DNA of 64,000 bases from Lobosporangium transversale (Eukaryota). The position numbers were made by a program, and so were the translations under genes. Positions 27,890 through 40,768 of the stretch are shown piece by piece; position 1 is the first letter of the stretch, and each line of letters begins with the position of its first letter. The stretch lies in NCBI RefSeq assembly GCF_002105155.1, contig NW_019028981.1, forward strand, positions 1,054,001-1,118,000, in the 5' to 3' direction. Under the pieces are notes generated by a model. It was not told where the DNA came from, did not search any database, and worked only from the letters and a program-made list of their open reading frames with translations.

Positions 27890-28344
27890 ATCGGACTTTC
27901 TTTGCCTCGAACTTGCACTTGAAGCGATTCTTTACTTCGTTCTACTCTCAAAGTTTGAAGAAATATGACTTTAGAAGGCAGGATAAAGTGCTTTTGAAGG
28001 ACGGCAGGTCTGTTGAGGGCTTGACGCTGTGTTTTATCGTTGAAAAATATTTTGTAGGCAGGTATGTGAATACGAGGGCAAGTGAGCGTAAGATGTGGGC
28101 CCACATACCACACCCAAGGGTTATTTATTTTATTATCAGAAATCAATACATCTAAATCTCACAAGTCTACACGTTTAATCGCAGAACGTCGTATATAGAA
28201 GGCGTACACGTGAATGCTTGTATTTACAAGACGTACTATGGACATGTTAGATTTTGATTAAATGATTAAATGATTAAATATACTTTAGTTTTAACGATTT
28301 TGCTGGTGTGGAGCTGGTGTCATTTGCGTATTATGAAATATACA

Positions 28345-29046
28345 TCAATCGTCCTTCTCCTCCGCCTCCAATTGCAGCTCAGGCACCTTTCCTTGTAGTT
28401 TAAGTATCTCGCTATCCTTTTTCTTTGCCTTTCAGCAGCAAGCCATTCCCCTTTTCAGCCTTCTCTTTGGCTTCCAGTAGCCGACTACTCATCTTGTTGT
28501 CCTTCTCTTTGGCTTCTAGCAGCAATTCCACAATCCTCTCAAGATTAGAATTGGTTATCTCGAACCGTGTGTTGTTTTGCATAGATAATGGTAATAGAGG
28601 GCCCTGAGAGACTAGATTTGTCGACTTGCTTGATATAGGCAAATGGCTAGCCATGCTTGCTATTGTTGTCGTTGTCACTGTCACTAACTGCGACACTTCT
28701 GTAATGACGTCCAGGACCTTGTAAGTATAGAACACAATGCGCAGATGCTCGATTCTAATGAGATGCAAGTATGCCAAATTGGTTTCCTTCGTTTTCTATG
28801 TTGAAAAAGTCGCAATTGGTGCGGCACGTACTATAATCAATAATAAATATGCCTGTTTCCATCAGGAACGGAATAGGAAGTTCCTCCAACTTATATCGCA
28901 ACGCACCGGGAAACACGTCTCGGATGTTTTTGCAAAGTCACATAGCAAGATGAGTTGGCATTGCCCGCAAAAGTGGAAGCAACTCTGACACAGACTTTTT
29001 GAATGATGCCAGCCTTTCGAAATTGTTGATACTGATACTCCGCCAT
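28345..29046 (-). pseudogene. Degenerate tandem duplicate of the 5' half of the neighbouring LRR gene
   Basis: MAEYQYQQFRKAGIIQKVCVRVASTF aligns with MELQYQQFRKADIIEKVCVRIASTF at 31397; +1 frameshift near 28930; RIEHLRIVFYTYKVLDVITE matches RIEPPCIAFYPNKVLDVITE; LLEAKEKD coiled-coil repeats with internal stops. Confidence 0.8.
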
Positions 29047-29316
29047 TTCGATGCATCGATGCATTGATTCCCTTCCCCCCCTTTTTTTTTTTTCAACTTC
29101 GCGTGCAAGTGAAAATACTTATTCGTCAGAAACCTTTTTGGACTAGCTTGATGGAGCTATTGTACTTGATTAACCGTCTTTACTGTTTCTATGTCATGTA
29201 GCCTGATATTTTATCATTGTAAGAAGCAGCCTTTCCTTGAATAAGAATGAAGTAATGTATTATTAAAATAAATGGGCTTTCAGCAAAGCTGACATGGGGG
29301 AATTACTCTGCAAGTA

Positions 29317-29397
29317 ATCGAAGAACCAATATCGAAGAACTAATATCGAAGGACTAATATCGAAGGACTAATATCGAAGAACCAATATCGAAGAACT
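29317..29397. repeat. 14-bp minisatellite, about 6 copies of ATCGAAG(A/G)AC(C/T)AAT
   Basis: Directly visible tandem units. Confidence 0.9.
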
Positions 29398-29540
29398 CAT
29401 TGCTTTGAAAAGTCAGTTATTTATTTAATTTTCTTAAATACTATATAAATGATCAAGTTACTCAAATGACGAAAAAAAAAAAGAAAGTCGTGCAGTATCT
29501 CAAACAGCAATAAGGCTCTCTGGTTATCGATTGAACACTC

Positions 29541-31397
29541 TCATTTATGGATGGTCAAGGTTGTACGAGCCTTGGTTGCCTCTGACAGCGCCAGCGCTCC
29601 TTTCTCTCCTATTGTATTGCCCTTCAAGTCCAAAGTGATCAAAGTTTTGTTAACCTTGAGTGCCTTGGAGAGCGCCAAAATTCCTTGATTCTCAATTAAG
29701 GTTTTCCCTAAGTTCAAAGTAATCAAGCTTGTATTAACCTTTAGTGCCTCTGACAGTGCCAGACTTCCTTTCTTTCCAATCGAATTGCTACTCAAATCCA
29801 AAATCGTCAAAGTATTGTTAGCCTTCAGTGCCGCTGATAATGCTATGGCTCCTTTAACCCCAATAGAGTTGCTTCCCAATTCTAAAATGGTCAAAGTTGT
29901 ATTAGTCTTGAGTGCCTCTGAGAGTGCTACAGCTCCCTTATCCTCAACTGCGTTGCGACATAAGTTTAAAGCTGTCAAAGACGTGTTAGTCCTCAGTGCC
30001 TCTGACAGTGCCACAGTTCCATCAACCCTGATCAAGTTGTTCTCCAAGTTTAAAATAGCCAGAGTCGTGCTAGTCTTGAGTGAATTTACAAGTACGGGTA
30101 ATCCGCTGGCTCCAATTGAATGAAATCCCATCTCAAATGTTAGCTTATGAAGGTGCGGCGGTCTCCTGGGCCATAAAATGAGCAGTTTTATGAGATCTGG
30201 AGGTAGAACAATATGTATCATTTTCATATTGCTGAGTTCTATGATGCGAGCAAGCGTTTCGTGCCCTTTGGATGTTGAAACCACTTTTTTGCTGGTGTTT
30301 CCTTGAGATCGCCCAAGCCCAAGTCGAAGAATCGATATACTTGAAAGAGTTAGCGCGCTCCCAAATGCTGCAAGATCAGTCTCTGTCCAATCCCAGTCGA
30401 ATGTAACGTCCAGGTCATAGACACGTTTTGCATTGGTTAGGGCATTGAAGAACTCTTCAGCTCTGTCTCTGGATTTTAATGTGATAGTCGCTTTGCCAAG
30501 GTGCAAATCATAACTGCCGCCATTCGTCTTCATTGCATTTTCTAACACTTTCTCTCCACTCTCTTTGTACGTCGAATGATGTTGCACTTTGTCATCCTTC
30601 TCCTTGGCCTCTGATTGCAGTTTAAGTATCTTGTCCTGCAGGCAAAGCACCTTGTCTTGCAGCCTAAGTATATCATCACCTTTGTCTTTGGCTTCCAACA
30701 GAAGACTAACTATCTTGTCATCCTTTTCCTTAACTTCCAGTAGTAGATTATTCATTGTATCTCCCTTCGCTTGGGCTTCCAACAGATTAATTTTCTCATC
30801 CTTCTTGCTGGCCTCCAACAGCAATTCTGCAATCTTCTCAAGATTAGAGTTGATCGCCTCGATTTGTGTATCGCTGGGAGTAATAAGAAATAAATTGAAA
30901 GATTGAATCAGATTTGATAATGGCAAAAGTGATTCTTGCGAGGCTTGATTTCCCGGCTTTCTCAATCCAGGCAAATGAATGACTGTATTGCTGTATATGT
31001 TGCTGTTGTTGCTGTTGCTGTTGCTGTTGATGTTGATGTTGTTGGGCTGTGGTGCCTCTGTAATGACATCCAGGACCTTATTAGGATAGAACGCAATACA
31101 TGGAGGCTCAATTCTATTATAAAGAAATATACTGAATTGAATTGGCTTGTCTTCTTTCCAGAGCAATCGATAAGGCGCGTCATAAGTAGCAGTATACCTA
31201 TTGCCATTAGGGTCTATAAAGAATGGAATAGGAAGTCCGTTCAACTTGAATCGCGCTGCATCTGGGAACGCGTCCCGAATGTCTTGCAAACTCACATAGC
31301 AAGATGGGTTGCCATTGCTTGTAAAAGTAGAAGCAATTCTGACACAAACTTTTTCAATGATGTCGGCCTTTCGGAATTGTTGGTATTGAAGTTCCAT
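29541..31397 (-). CDS. RNI-like (28-aa, NLRC3-type) leucine-rich repeat protein with Mortierellaceae-type N-terminal domain and coiled coil; probable in-frame 84-nt intron 31114-31197
   Basis: Six repeats of the form KTNTTLTILELGSNSIGVKGAIALSAAL; LLLEAKEKDDK coiled-coil repeats; N-terminal LQDIRDAFPDAARFKLNG.IPF..D.NG.RIEP..I...P.KVLDVI. Confidence 0.8.
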   Translation of the reverse strand: MELQYQQFRKADIIEKVCVRIASTFTSNGNPSCYVSLQDIRDAFPDAARFKLNGLPIPFFIDPNGNRYTATYDAPYRLLWKEDKPIQFSIFLYNRIEPPCIAFYPNKVLDVITEAPQPNNININSNSNSNNSNIYSNTVIHLPGLRKPGNQASQESLLPLSNLIQSFNLFLITPSDTQIEAINSNLEKIAELLLEASKKDEKINLLEAQAKGDTMNNLLLEVKEKDDKIVSLLLEAKDKGDDILRLQDKVLCLQDKILKLQSEAKEKDDKVQHHSTYKESGEKVLENAMKTNGGSYDLHLGKATITLKSRDRAEEFFNALTNAKRVYDLDVTFDWDWTETDLAAFGSALTLSSISILRLGLGRSQGNTSKKVVSTSKGHETLARIIELSNMKMIHIVLPPDLIKLLILWPRRPPHLHKLTFEMGFHSIGASGLPVLVNSLKTSTTLAILNLENNLIRVDGTVALSEALRTNTSLTALNLCRNAVEDKGAVALSEALKTNTTLTILELGSNSIGVKGAIALSAALKANNTLTILDLSSNSIGKKGSLALSEALKVNTSLITLNLGKTLIENQGILALSKALKVNKTLITLDLKGNTIGEKGALALSEATKARTTLTIHK

Positions 31398-32819
31398 TTC
31401 GGTAACAACTCGATTGATGAAGACAGGATGACAAGTGCCCCCTCATTTCTCTTTTGAGTAAGGGATGCAGTGTAGCTGTTTCTTGTTTCTGTTTTTGTTT
31501 TTGTTTTTCAACTGGGCGAGGTCTAATGTGGTATGGTCTCTGAATTTCAGATGCCCCTTCGCAACTTGTTGGGCTTAGTGAAGTTGTTGTGCTCAATTAG
31601 CCGATCTTGATCCCATCCAAGGCTCAATACCATTCTATACTATCCATTTATGATCTTTGACCGAGGTTGAAGTAGACCACTGTTGGTTATGGGATTGTTC
31701 TTGAATGATATCGGATCTATTATGACTAGCCATGGTGCCTTCCCCCACATTGGCTGGAGAATTAAAAAGCAACTTAAACTATTGAAATGAAGAGGATAGA
31801 CGTATGATGCGGCTTTGTCGTCCTCTCTTTGGGGATTTCTGGCGTACAGAGTTACAACCAGCAGGCCTAAAAGCTTCATGATGGGCTTGTTTTTGGTTTG
31901 CTCGTCTCGAGTTGGCAATTACTACTATCTGATGCAATTAAATGAGCATCAATCAGATCTTCTTCTTCTTCTACCTTCAGCTTGGTATCCAACAACGTTC
32001 TTACGGCTGTAAGCATTATTATTGTCAACACTATGTGCTGTAAGTTACGTCCTAATCAATTCAAATGTTTCCGGAATCGTAAAATGAAAACATGGGTCTA
32101 GAGAAAGGTCACCAGATATACGATAGGCCTGTATATACAAGCATACTTCTATCTGTCAGCACCATCACATTCTCTGATCTGTTTTCTGACACGGCTGTAG
32201 GAGTTGTGGCTGGATCAAAATACCGATCATTAATATTAAGGCTCACTCTTTACTGCTTGGATATGAGCTTGTGTATATGTCTTGGATATTTGCATTTATC
32301 GCGTCCCAACGTTGAGAAGTATTGTGATAAAAAGCAATTTCATAACCATCCAAGCCATCTTCCTTTTTGCGAAAGATGGAGCGAGAAATGGAGAAGTGAC
32401 CTGCAGACAGTGAAAGCACTGCGCGCATCGTATTCGAAGGAGCGCTAGGAGAAGTCAGAACATTAGAGAGATATATAGTATCCAAAGCCAAAGAATCTGG
32501 ATAAAACATGACCTTCCAAAATGTAGGATACAACTATGGCTTGTTCAAACGACCAGCTCCTACTGATTATGATCGCATCAGAGAACACTACCTTCTTCCA
32601 GTAACCGTCTAGTTTAGGCGGCTCTTGGCGAAATGCTTCTTCGAAAGGCATTGTGTTATTTGCTGCCACCCATTGTAGGAAACTGTGCGTTGGCCTTTCA
32701 TTGAATTAAAATAATATCCCGAGATATCAAATTTTCAAAACATTGACATGTAGACGCCGCTCTGACCATTTGGCTGCATATCCTCCTTAAATACCAGGCA
32801 AGCAACTCAAAGCCTGCCA

Positions 32820-33115
32820 GTTTTGAATGTCTCTGACAGCATCAAGGCTTCTTTTTTTCTTTTTTTTATCGATCGAGGCGCCTTCATTTATAAAGGGTCA
32901 AAGTCGCGTGAATCTTGACTACTTCTAACAGTGCCAAGGCTGCTTTCTCCCCTCCAACTTCAAAGTGCTCAAAGTTGTATTAGCCTTGAGTCCCTCCGAC
33001 AGTGTTAAAGCCCCTTTCTTCTCAATTGAGTTACACCTCAAGTTCAAGGTGGCCAAAGTGGTGTTAGTCCTGAGCGCCTTTGACAGTGCCACAGCTCCTT
33101 CATTCCCAATACACA
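32820..33115 (-). pseudogene. Isolated RNI-like LRR fragment
   Basis: IGNEGAVALSKALRTNTTLATLNLRCNSIEKKGALTLSEGLKANTTLSTLKLEG, then frameshifted remnants; no credible upstream coding sequence. Confidence 0.7.
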
Positions 33116-33916
33116 CTATGATCAAATAAATAGCAAAATGACTAAATGTATGAACAATCAAGAGCATTGTACAAGAGTAATAGTCGAGGAGTGAGCTGAC
33201 AACCAAAAAGGAAAGACATGAAGGATAAGAGAAGACAACTCATTTATAGAGATGACCTTGTGGGCCCTCGTAATCAAAAAAAAAAAGGAAAAAAAAAAAG
33301 AAAAAAAAATGAAGGTTAGGTGAAGAGGTACCGTAATAACTGAGATTAAATAAGGTACTGTCTATCTACAAAGCATTCTAATAAACAATGCTCCATGTGT
33401 AATATCCTAGGTTTTTCTTCTTTGTCATCCTCGATCAGCACCTCGAGTATTTGGGCCTTTATATCATGGGATGGTCATAAATGAAAACTTCTTGAGGAAG
33501 ACAAGGGGTTCAATAAAGGTTAGGATACAAGACTCATTTGCCACACGACCAATATTCGCCGCGAGACATTGAACAGGGATAGGAGATGGCAACTTGGCAA
33601 GTAACGTATCATGCATGCTTCTGCTGCACAGTGTTAATGAATGCCTCTTTTGTAAGCAGATATAGCGGGGTATTTCCTTGTACAGAACCCCTTCGCCAAG
33701 GCCATCACCATCGTGTAAAAGCGACGATAGTGCCACTGACAGAAGTATTGGCCAGCTCTGCTGAGATACGTTCATCTGCGAAAAAACAACTATAAGCTCT
33801 TCCTTTTTCGGTTATTCCACATATAATACATCCTCAAAAGCCTAACAGATAATCACATGGACCTCTTTGCCAAATGTATAAACTTACATGCTGATTGAGC
33901 TGTTTGTCGAGGTTTT

Positions 33917-33950
<34 letters not shown>

Positions 33951-34450
33951 ATTGACTCTTTTTAGGCAACTGTAGAGGCCACATCGTAATTTTGTTTGGA
34001 TGATACGGTGGCTAGGTAGTGTCTTCTTCTTTGATCTTCTTCCTTTCCAACTCCTAAAAGACATTCTAGGACCCGATCAATGAAGCCTAGCTTACGTTTC
34101 GAGACTTCTGAGCTCTAGTTGCCTGAGTCTATGGCCAGACCGCCGAGGCATAGGGAACACTCGAATGAACAACACTCTGTTTTCCTCAAACAAGCAAATA
34201 GAAAAATCCATTCTTTAAGAAGCAGAAGATGAGGAGATCGCTCAGGAGCTTTAATATATAAACATAGCGGCTCCAGGCCTATTTTTTACACAAAGGGGAT
34301 GAGAAATAGGATAGGTACAACGGTAAGATCTTTATTACTTTTCTTTTTATTACTAATGTAATGAAGATTCTCTTTCCTTTTATCAATGGTAAGAACTGTA
34401 TCTAATTATGAATGGTATCTAAGCATCATTTTTTATTTTTTATTAATCTC

Positions 34451-36250
34451 TTAACGTACATAGGCCTTGCCATATTTTTGTCGAATGATCTCGCAACTGG
34501 GTGTTCCCATTTTTTGAGCCTCTTGCCACAATTTCGGATCAGCGCCCCAGAAGCCCATAGCTCTATTCCGAGCTTCATCTTTCTTCCGTCTTTCATCCTT
34601 ACAACGAACCTGCATATCTCTGAGATAAGCCAGCTCCACGTTTTCTTCCATCCGCTTAAACAATGGTCCGACGTGTAGGCCCTGGAGTGTGACATGATCC
34701 GGCTTCACGTTCATTTGTCGAGCACCTGTGGATTTGAATTCGAATTGCTGTCCTGGAAAATAAGTGTTCATGAACCGGACGTCGTTTACGAAATAAGGAA
34801 CATTTCTGATGGTAGTATGACGGGCGGTTGTGTATTGATCTTTTGGACGTAATGAAAAATCAGTAAGGATAGAGTTGGATGGTGATGATGAAGAAGAGTA
34901 ACTGGAATCAGATGAGAACAAACTTGACGTTAAGGTGACAAGGATGAGTAAAAAGAAAGGGAGCAGTTGAATGAAGCTTCCAAGACCACTTCCAAAGTCA
35001 TCGTTATTGAAGTTATTGTTCCTAGCTGCACGCTGCTGGCGCTGTCGTTGATGTTGTTGACGATAATGTTGTTGACGTTGTTGGTGATAATGTGTTTGTT
35101 GGGCCCGTGGTCTGGCAAAAGTTGTTGAATGTAATGCTATATATATTTTTCGATGAAGAAACCTCTCAAAACGTTAAAAAAAGAAGGAAAAAAAAAAGAA
35201 GGCAAGTACCGAATTAGCGAATAATAAATCCACTTACGGGTTCCAAATCCTCCGCCACCGAAAAACATGTTGAAGAGTTCTTCTGGTGAAATTTCTTCTC
35301 CATACGCTCCCCCTCTACGAGAATATCCAAATGGATGATGTCCTGTAGGTGTTGCGCGATCATAGTTAACACTGGAGTTCTTATTTTCATCAGGTCCATG
35401 CTGATCAAAGATAGCCCGTTTCTGAGGGTCACTTAATACCGTAAAGGCCTTGGACACGACTAAACAATGTTTTTAGAAGGAAAAAAAAATAAAAAAAAAT
35501 AAAGCTTGGTGGATGAGTATTATAGAGTGGACCATAGATCTGAGGCAAAAAAGAAAAAAAAATTGATAGTAATAATCTAAAGATCATCTTACTCTTGAAC
35601 GCTTCATCCGCTCCTGGTGCTCCATTTTTGTCCGGATGCATTTGCAATGCCAGCTTTACAAAAAAGAAAAGAAAAAGAAAAGAAAAAGATAAAAGAAGGT
35701 CAGAGACGTTGGAGAAGAATCCAAAGGTCTTATAATCAATTGTTGAAAATAATGAGATGTTGGCATTTGGCCTTTTTGTTGCTTGCTTTACCCTGCGATA
35801 TGCCTTCTTAATCTCCGTATCTGTGGCGTCTTTCTTTACTCCAAGGACCTTGTAGAAATCACCTCCTGAAGATCGAATGGTCTTGACCATGGCCACCTGT
35901 TCTGGCGTATAATCTCGTTCTACAGGCTTATGTGTATGTGCTGTTGAAGGAGTCGATCGTGACCTTAGTGGACTTGACGTTGGTCGAGCGGATGAATGCC
36001 CTGTCCCTGAAGTAGCTGGTGAGCTGTTTGTTCTATGTGAAGCATTGCCTGAAGCTGATGCCGAAGTTGTCGATGCTGATGCTGATTCCTCGGCTACTGC
36101 AACTTTTGTGATGAATGCTTCTCCTTGCGGTGTTGGGAAGAGCGAGATGGACTTGAGGCCAAACTTCCGAGCACTTTGAAAGTTTCCATTGTCCAAATGC
36201 CGCTGCGCAATGTCGAGGCATCTTAGAGCCTCATCCTTATTGACTTCCAT
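34451..36250 (-). CDS. HLJ1: ER-membrane DnaJ protein, DNAJB12/14 (HLJ1-like) with DUF1977-type C-terminus, multi-exon
   Basis: MEVNKDEALRCLDIA N-terminus; J domain DFYKVLGV..IKKAYRR/LALQMHPDKNGAPGADEAFK/VSKAFTVLSDPQKRAIFDQHG; EISPEELFNMFFGGG; TM segment; C-terminal ENVELAYLRDMQVRC...TPSCE. Confidence 0.9.
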
Positions 36251-38000
36251 GGAGATGAGTTTCTTTATTATTTGAAAGTAATCGGATGTTTCCTTTCTGT
36301 CTGCGTCTTGTATCCTTTGTGCTTTGTCCGTTACACTTTTAATCTTTTATCGAAATGTTGCCTGGATTTTATTATTGACCTCACTTAGTTTTTTTTTATG
36401 ACTTGGTTCAAATGAGCTTTGATATGGAAACAAGGAAAGGAGAGTGCCAGTTCTGGGATAGCTTAAGGCTGATTTGGATAGGAAGCCTCGATATCGTGAG
36501 AGAAACACTAAAATGACTGGTGTAAATTGGCTTGTTCAGGACAAGGGCAAGAACCAACCTTCCATGGCCACAGAACAGTTAGTTTTCAGTCCAGTAACTG
36601 TCACAACAGTCTTAATCCAAAATCTAAATCTGATCACCCAAATTTTGAACGAGAGACCCAAACGAACGATACATGAAAAAAAAAGACCGAGGTTATCTAG
36701 GCTTTGGTATCTCCGCGTTTATTAATTGATGAGAAGTATTTTGACAGCCAGTAACGTCTTTCAACAAAAAGGAGGAGGGTCCGGCAGGTTGTTGAGGAGA
36801 TATTTATTATTGGTGTTTACCGGGTTAGAGATCATTGAGATGAGTCCAAGTCTGTGCACGTCGTTGACTGATGTGATCTTTTTTGTACATGAGTGTACAT
36901 GTGGCATGCGTACGCTCTAAAATGTATACCTCATGATTGCAATTGGGCATTAAGGGAGTTTAAGGGCTCTTTAGTCTACGACATCGAAACTACTAGGCGA
37001 GTTTCTTTAGTATGACTTATGTGTGGAAAAGCTTTGTATACAAAAATGGGTCGATGAATTGCCTCTTTGTCAGCACAAATGCAAGAGATGGAAAACAAAT
37101 ATAAAGGTATATTTAAAGAAAATAAATATAAATTTGAATCTCCTCAATGCTTAATCAAGCCAATTTTATTTTATTTTTAAGAACTATACGGTAGTAAGCC
37201 ATACTTGCTAGTCTAAAGCAGAGACTTGGGAATGCTGTAAATGTGCATGTTCAGTCATATTCTCATATTCATTACAGGAGTGTAGGACACATTTCATTTT
37301 AACATCCACACCATACGCCAACCTTCCCGAAACAAAACAAAGGCTAATGGATTGAGGCTTACACAGAAGAAAATAAAAATCGTCATGGCTGTCGGTGGGC
37401 TATTTCATCCGATGACAAAGATCAATGTGTGGAAAAATAAAAAAGAGAGAAAGAGGGTGGAGAAAGAGACATGTCATCCATAGTCCAGCTGCTTTTTAAC
37501 TAACGATATTTTTTTTAGTGTAGAATGTATTTGTAGATTTGTAGACGAGAGAAAGTTCAAAAAAGGGAGAAAATGAACAACGTTCACCCGTCCATGACCC
37601 GACATTGGTCACTGGTCTCTTGCTACTCGATTTGCTCGACTTTGCTTTAGTACAAGATGAGCATGTTACATCCACGCAGTGGGTCGGATGAAGATCAGCT
37701 CTTTTTTTTTTTTTTTTTAAAAGACACTTGTTCATGACTTTTTTTTTTTTCTTTTTTCTCTTTTCTCTTCTCCTCTCTTCTCTTCATAAGGTCCCTTGCT
37801 CTTTGACCTGTGCCTCCTTATCCCCATCTTCATCCTCACTCTCCTCTCCTCCTTATCTCTCTCTACACTGACATATCTCGATATACCTCTTTCCATCTTT
37901 AACATTAAATCGCATCCTAATTCTCAATTTATACATTCATCCCACATCTTTATCTTTATCTTTTTTATTTATTTATTACTTTTGAACCAACAACGCACAA

Positions 38001-39330
38001 ATGGTATCTACGCTTCGTCAGAGGCCAGGCAGAGCCCTTTCCTCTTCCGCCACTACCACTGCCTCTAGCCCATTAGTATCACAACAGCGTCCAGCTTCAT
38101 CTACTAAATCTAAACTCGACGATGATGATGGCCCTGATGCATATATTGAAGTGGAATCCAATCTCTTGCACAACATGCAAGATACTATTGGGGATTTGCA
38201 GGACACAATTGGCGACTCTATCTCTAAAACGAATGAGACTGTCGCAGCAACTTGGCGATCCACTAAAGCCTCTGCAAACGAGACCATCCGGGTGGTAGAA
38301 AACCAAATGAGCGAGACCTGGGATGCTTCCAAGGCTGCTTTTGAAGGAGCAAAACGATTGTTGCGGTTTGAGGAATTACCAAAAGAATGGCAGAGTAACC
38401 CATACATCTTGACAGGGTAAGCAAAACATCTAAATCGGATTAAATTCACGTCCACTTTATTCCCATCTCCTTCTTTTTCACATATCCCTTTCCCCTTGTT
38501 TTCTTTTTCTTTTTCTTTTTTGTTTCGTTCATGTTCTCTTTGTTGTTTTTTTTTTTTTTTTTTTTTTTGTACTCGGGGAGAAATGAAACCTTATCGCTCC
38601 ACTCTTTTTTCTATCTCCTCTTCCCTCTGCAATACTCTCCTTTTCCCTCTCCTCAGAGCGTATGAAACAGAAAAGATAGTTTCAAAAAGAGAACATTGGA
38701 AAGCAACGGGGGGAGAAAGAGGGAAAGAGGATTGATAAAGGATAGAGGATAAAGAATGAAAGAAGTGACCATGATTCAGATTGGTAATTTTTTGCTCTTC
38801 CCTTGTTTTGGATTCTTTTCAGAGTCCTATTTCTGTATCATACGATATAACACAACCGTTGGATTTTTTTTTTTCAACACTCGCCCAACTGGATCTTTTT
38901 TAAAGTTCCTCTCCTCTCATTCGATCACCCACCATACAAGGAAGAATTATTGTGTATATATCTCTTCTGGCGTGTACCAGTACCAAAGCAAGTCTCCAAA
39001 CTGCTGCTGTGTTATGCATAGCACTCTTTCTTTCTTTCTTTTTTTTTTCTGATGTAGTTTGATTGTGCAATTTTTTTTTTTTTTCTTTGATATCATTAAA
39101 ATGTAAACCGGCGAGATCTAAGAAAAACAAACAAAAACAAAGGCGTTCATTTTGGATCATCTCAGTAAGCATGGTGTGACAAACTACAAACTACCCCATT
39201 CTCCATAAACGTTGTGCCCGCTTTTTTCTTTTTTACTTTGTTCGTTCAAAGGTTTTTCCCACCATCAACCTAAATGAGGAAGAAGGCTAAAAGGCAGGCG
39301 GGCAATAATCTAAATCCAGGCACATTTTTT

Positions 39331-39362
<32 letters not shown>

Positions 39363-40348
39363 CGTGCGAATCACATCGTTCGACTTTGTTTCATTTCTTT
39401 ATATTCTTTATTCCAAGAACTATCATTAAATGACAGAATGGAATATTTACATCTTGACGTTTATTTACCATATCCTACCCGTTTAGGTACCGTTTCTTGT
39501 CCTCAAAACGACAGTGCTTGTGGAGCATCTTCAAGATCCATAATGAAACCTGCAACATCTGGACACATATGCTTGGTCTCTTTGGCCTCATTGGCCTCGG
39601 TCTATACATCCATACCACGTTCCTGCAACATGGCTCACTCTGGGACCATGCTGTCTTCCTCTTCTTCTTCCTCGCTGCTTCCAAATGTCTCATCTGCTCA
39701 ACACTCTATCACACGTTCCTTTGCCATTCACGTCTACCAGTGATGCGCTGTGCTGCCACACTGGATTATATCGGCATCGGTGTCCTCATCACCGCCTCGG
39801 TCATGGCTACTTTGCACTATGGATTCTTTTGTGACACAGAGCGCTGGATCTTCTTGGCCTTTTCATTCGGCATGGGCATTATTGGTTGTATCCTTCCCCT
39901 GTACCCGTTCTTTGATCTACCGAGCTTCCGTTACTTCCGTATCTTCATCTTTGTGGGCATGGCTTGCTCCGGAGTTGTACCCTTGAGCTACGTAGCCTAC
40001 ATGAAGGGATTCATCAACACATGGAACTTTATTGCACCTTTCTTCAAGTCAGGATTGGCTTATGTCACAGGATTGTTGTTTTATGGACATCGCTTCCCTG
40101 AGAAGCAGTTCCCAGGTCTGTTTGACCGATGGGGTTCTTCTCATCAATTCTGGCATGTGGCTGTTGTTGCAGGCATCTATTACCATTACATGGCCATGGT
40201 CCATTTCTACAACTCTCGATTCACATTTGGATGCCAGGCTGTCTATGGTGGATATGAACATGAACATCATCATCAAATGATGTATGCTGGACAAGGTGGT
40301 CCTTCTGCATCGTGGTTTCCAACTGCCACTCTAGCCCCCAGCGCTTAA
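38001..40348 (+). CDS. PAQR / hemolysin-III family receptor (IZH/adiponectin-receptor-like); exons 38001-38416 and 39487-40348
   Basis: LLRFEELPKEWQSNPYILTG|YRF; HNETCNIWTH; STLYHTF; LDYIGI; FPEKQFPGLFDRWGSSHQFWH. The Zn-binding histidines are present. Confidence 0.92.
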
Positions 40349-40768
40349 AAAGGCACAAGAAAAAAGAAAAAAAAAAAAAAAAAAAAAAGTTCAAAAACGA
40401 GAAGAGTCTGGCAGGATACTTTACAACGGGAAGATCCTTTTTCGGAATGTGCTGAAAATAGCTCGAGAAGCTATTTAGCCACCTGCATATCATTTACTTC
40501 AACCTTGTCCCCTCTTGCATTTCGGAAAGAAGTCTCATTTTTCACTCTAACATAGACTCAATACTAATCATTGTATTTTTACCCCCTCCCAACAACATTA
40601 ACCGTTCTACCCCATTTTTTTTTTCTTTTTCATCCGATCCACCCTTCATTACCCATTCAAAGATAATTCAAAACAAATAAAGTCAACCTAGATCAACAAA
40701 AAACAAAAAAAAAAAAAAAAGAAAAAAAAAAAAAAAAGTTTATTTATTTCTTTTTTATTTTGTTTTAT

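Noticed and set aside
29317..29397. CRISPR-like array
   Set aside because: Contiguous tandem units without spacers; eukaryotic context; no cas genes.
31640..32700. Coding-like minus-strand fragments
   Set aside because: Probably a decayed gene, but no motif could be recognised, so it is not annotated.
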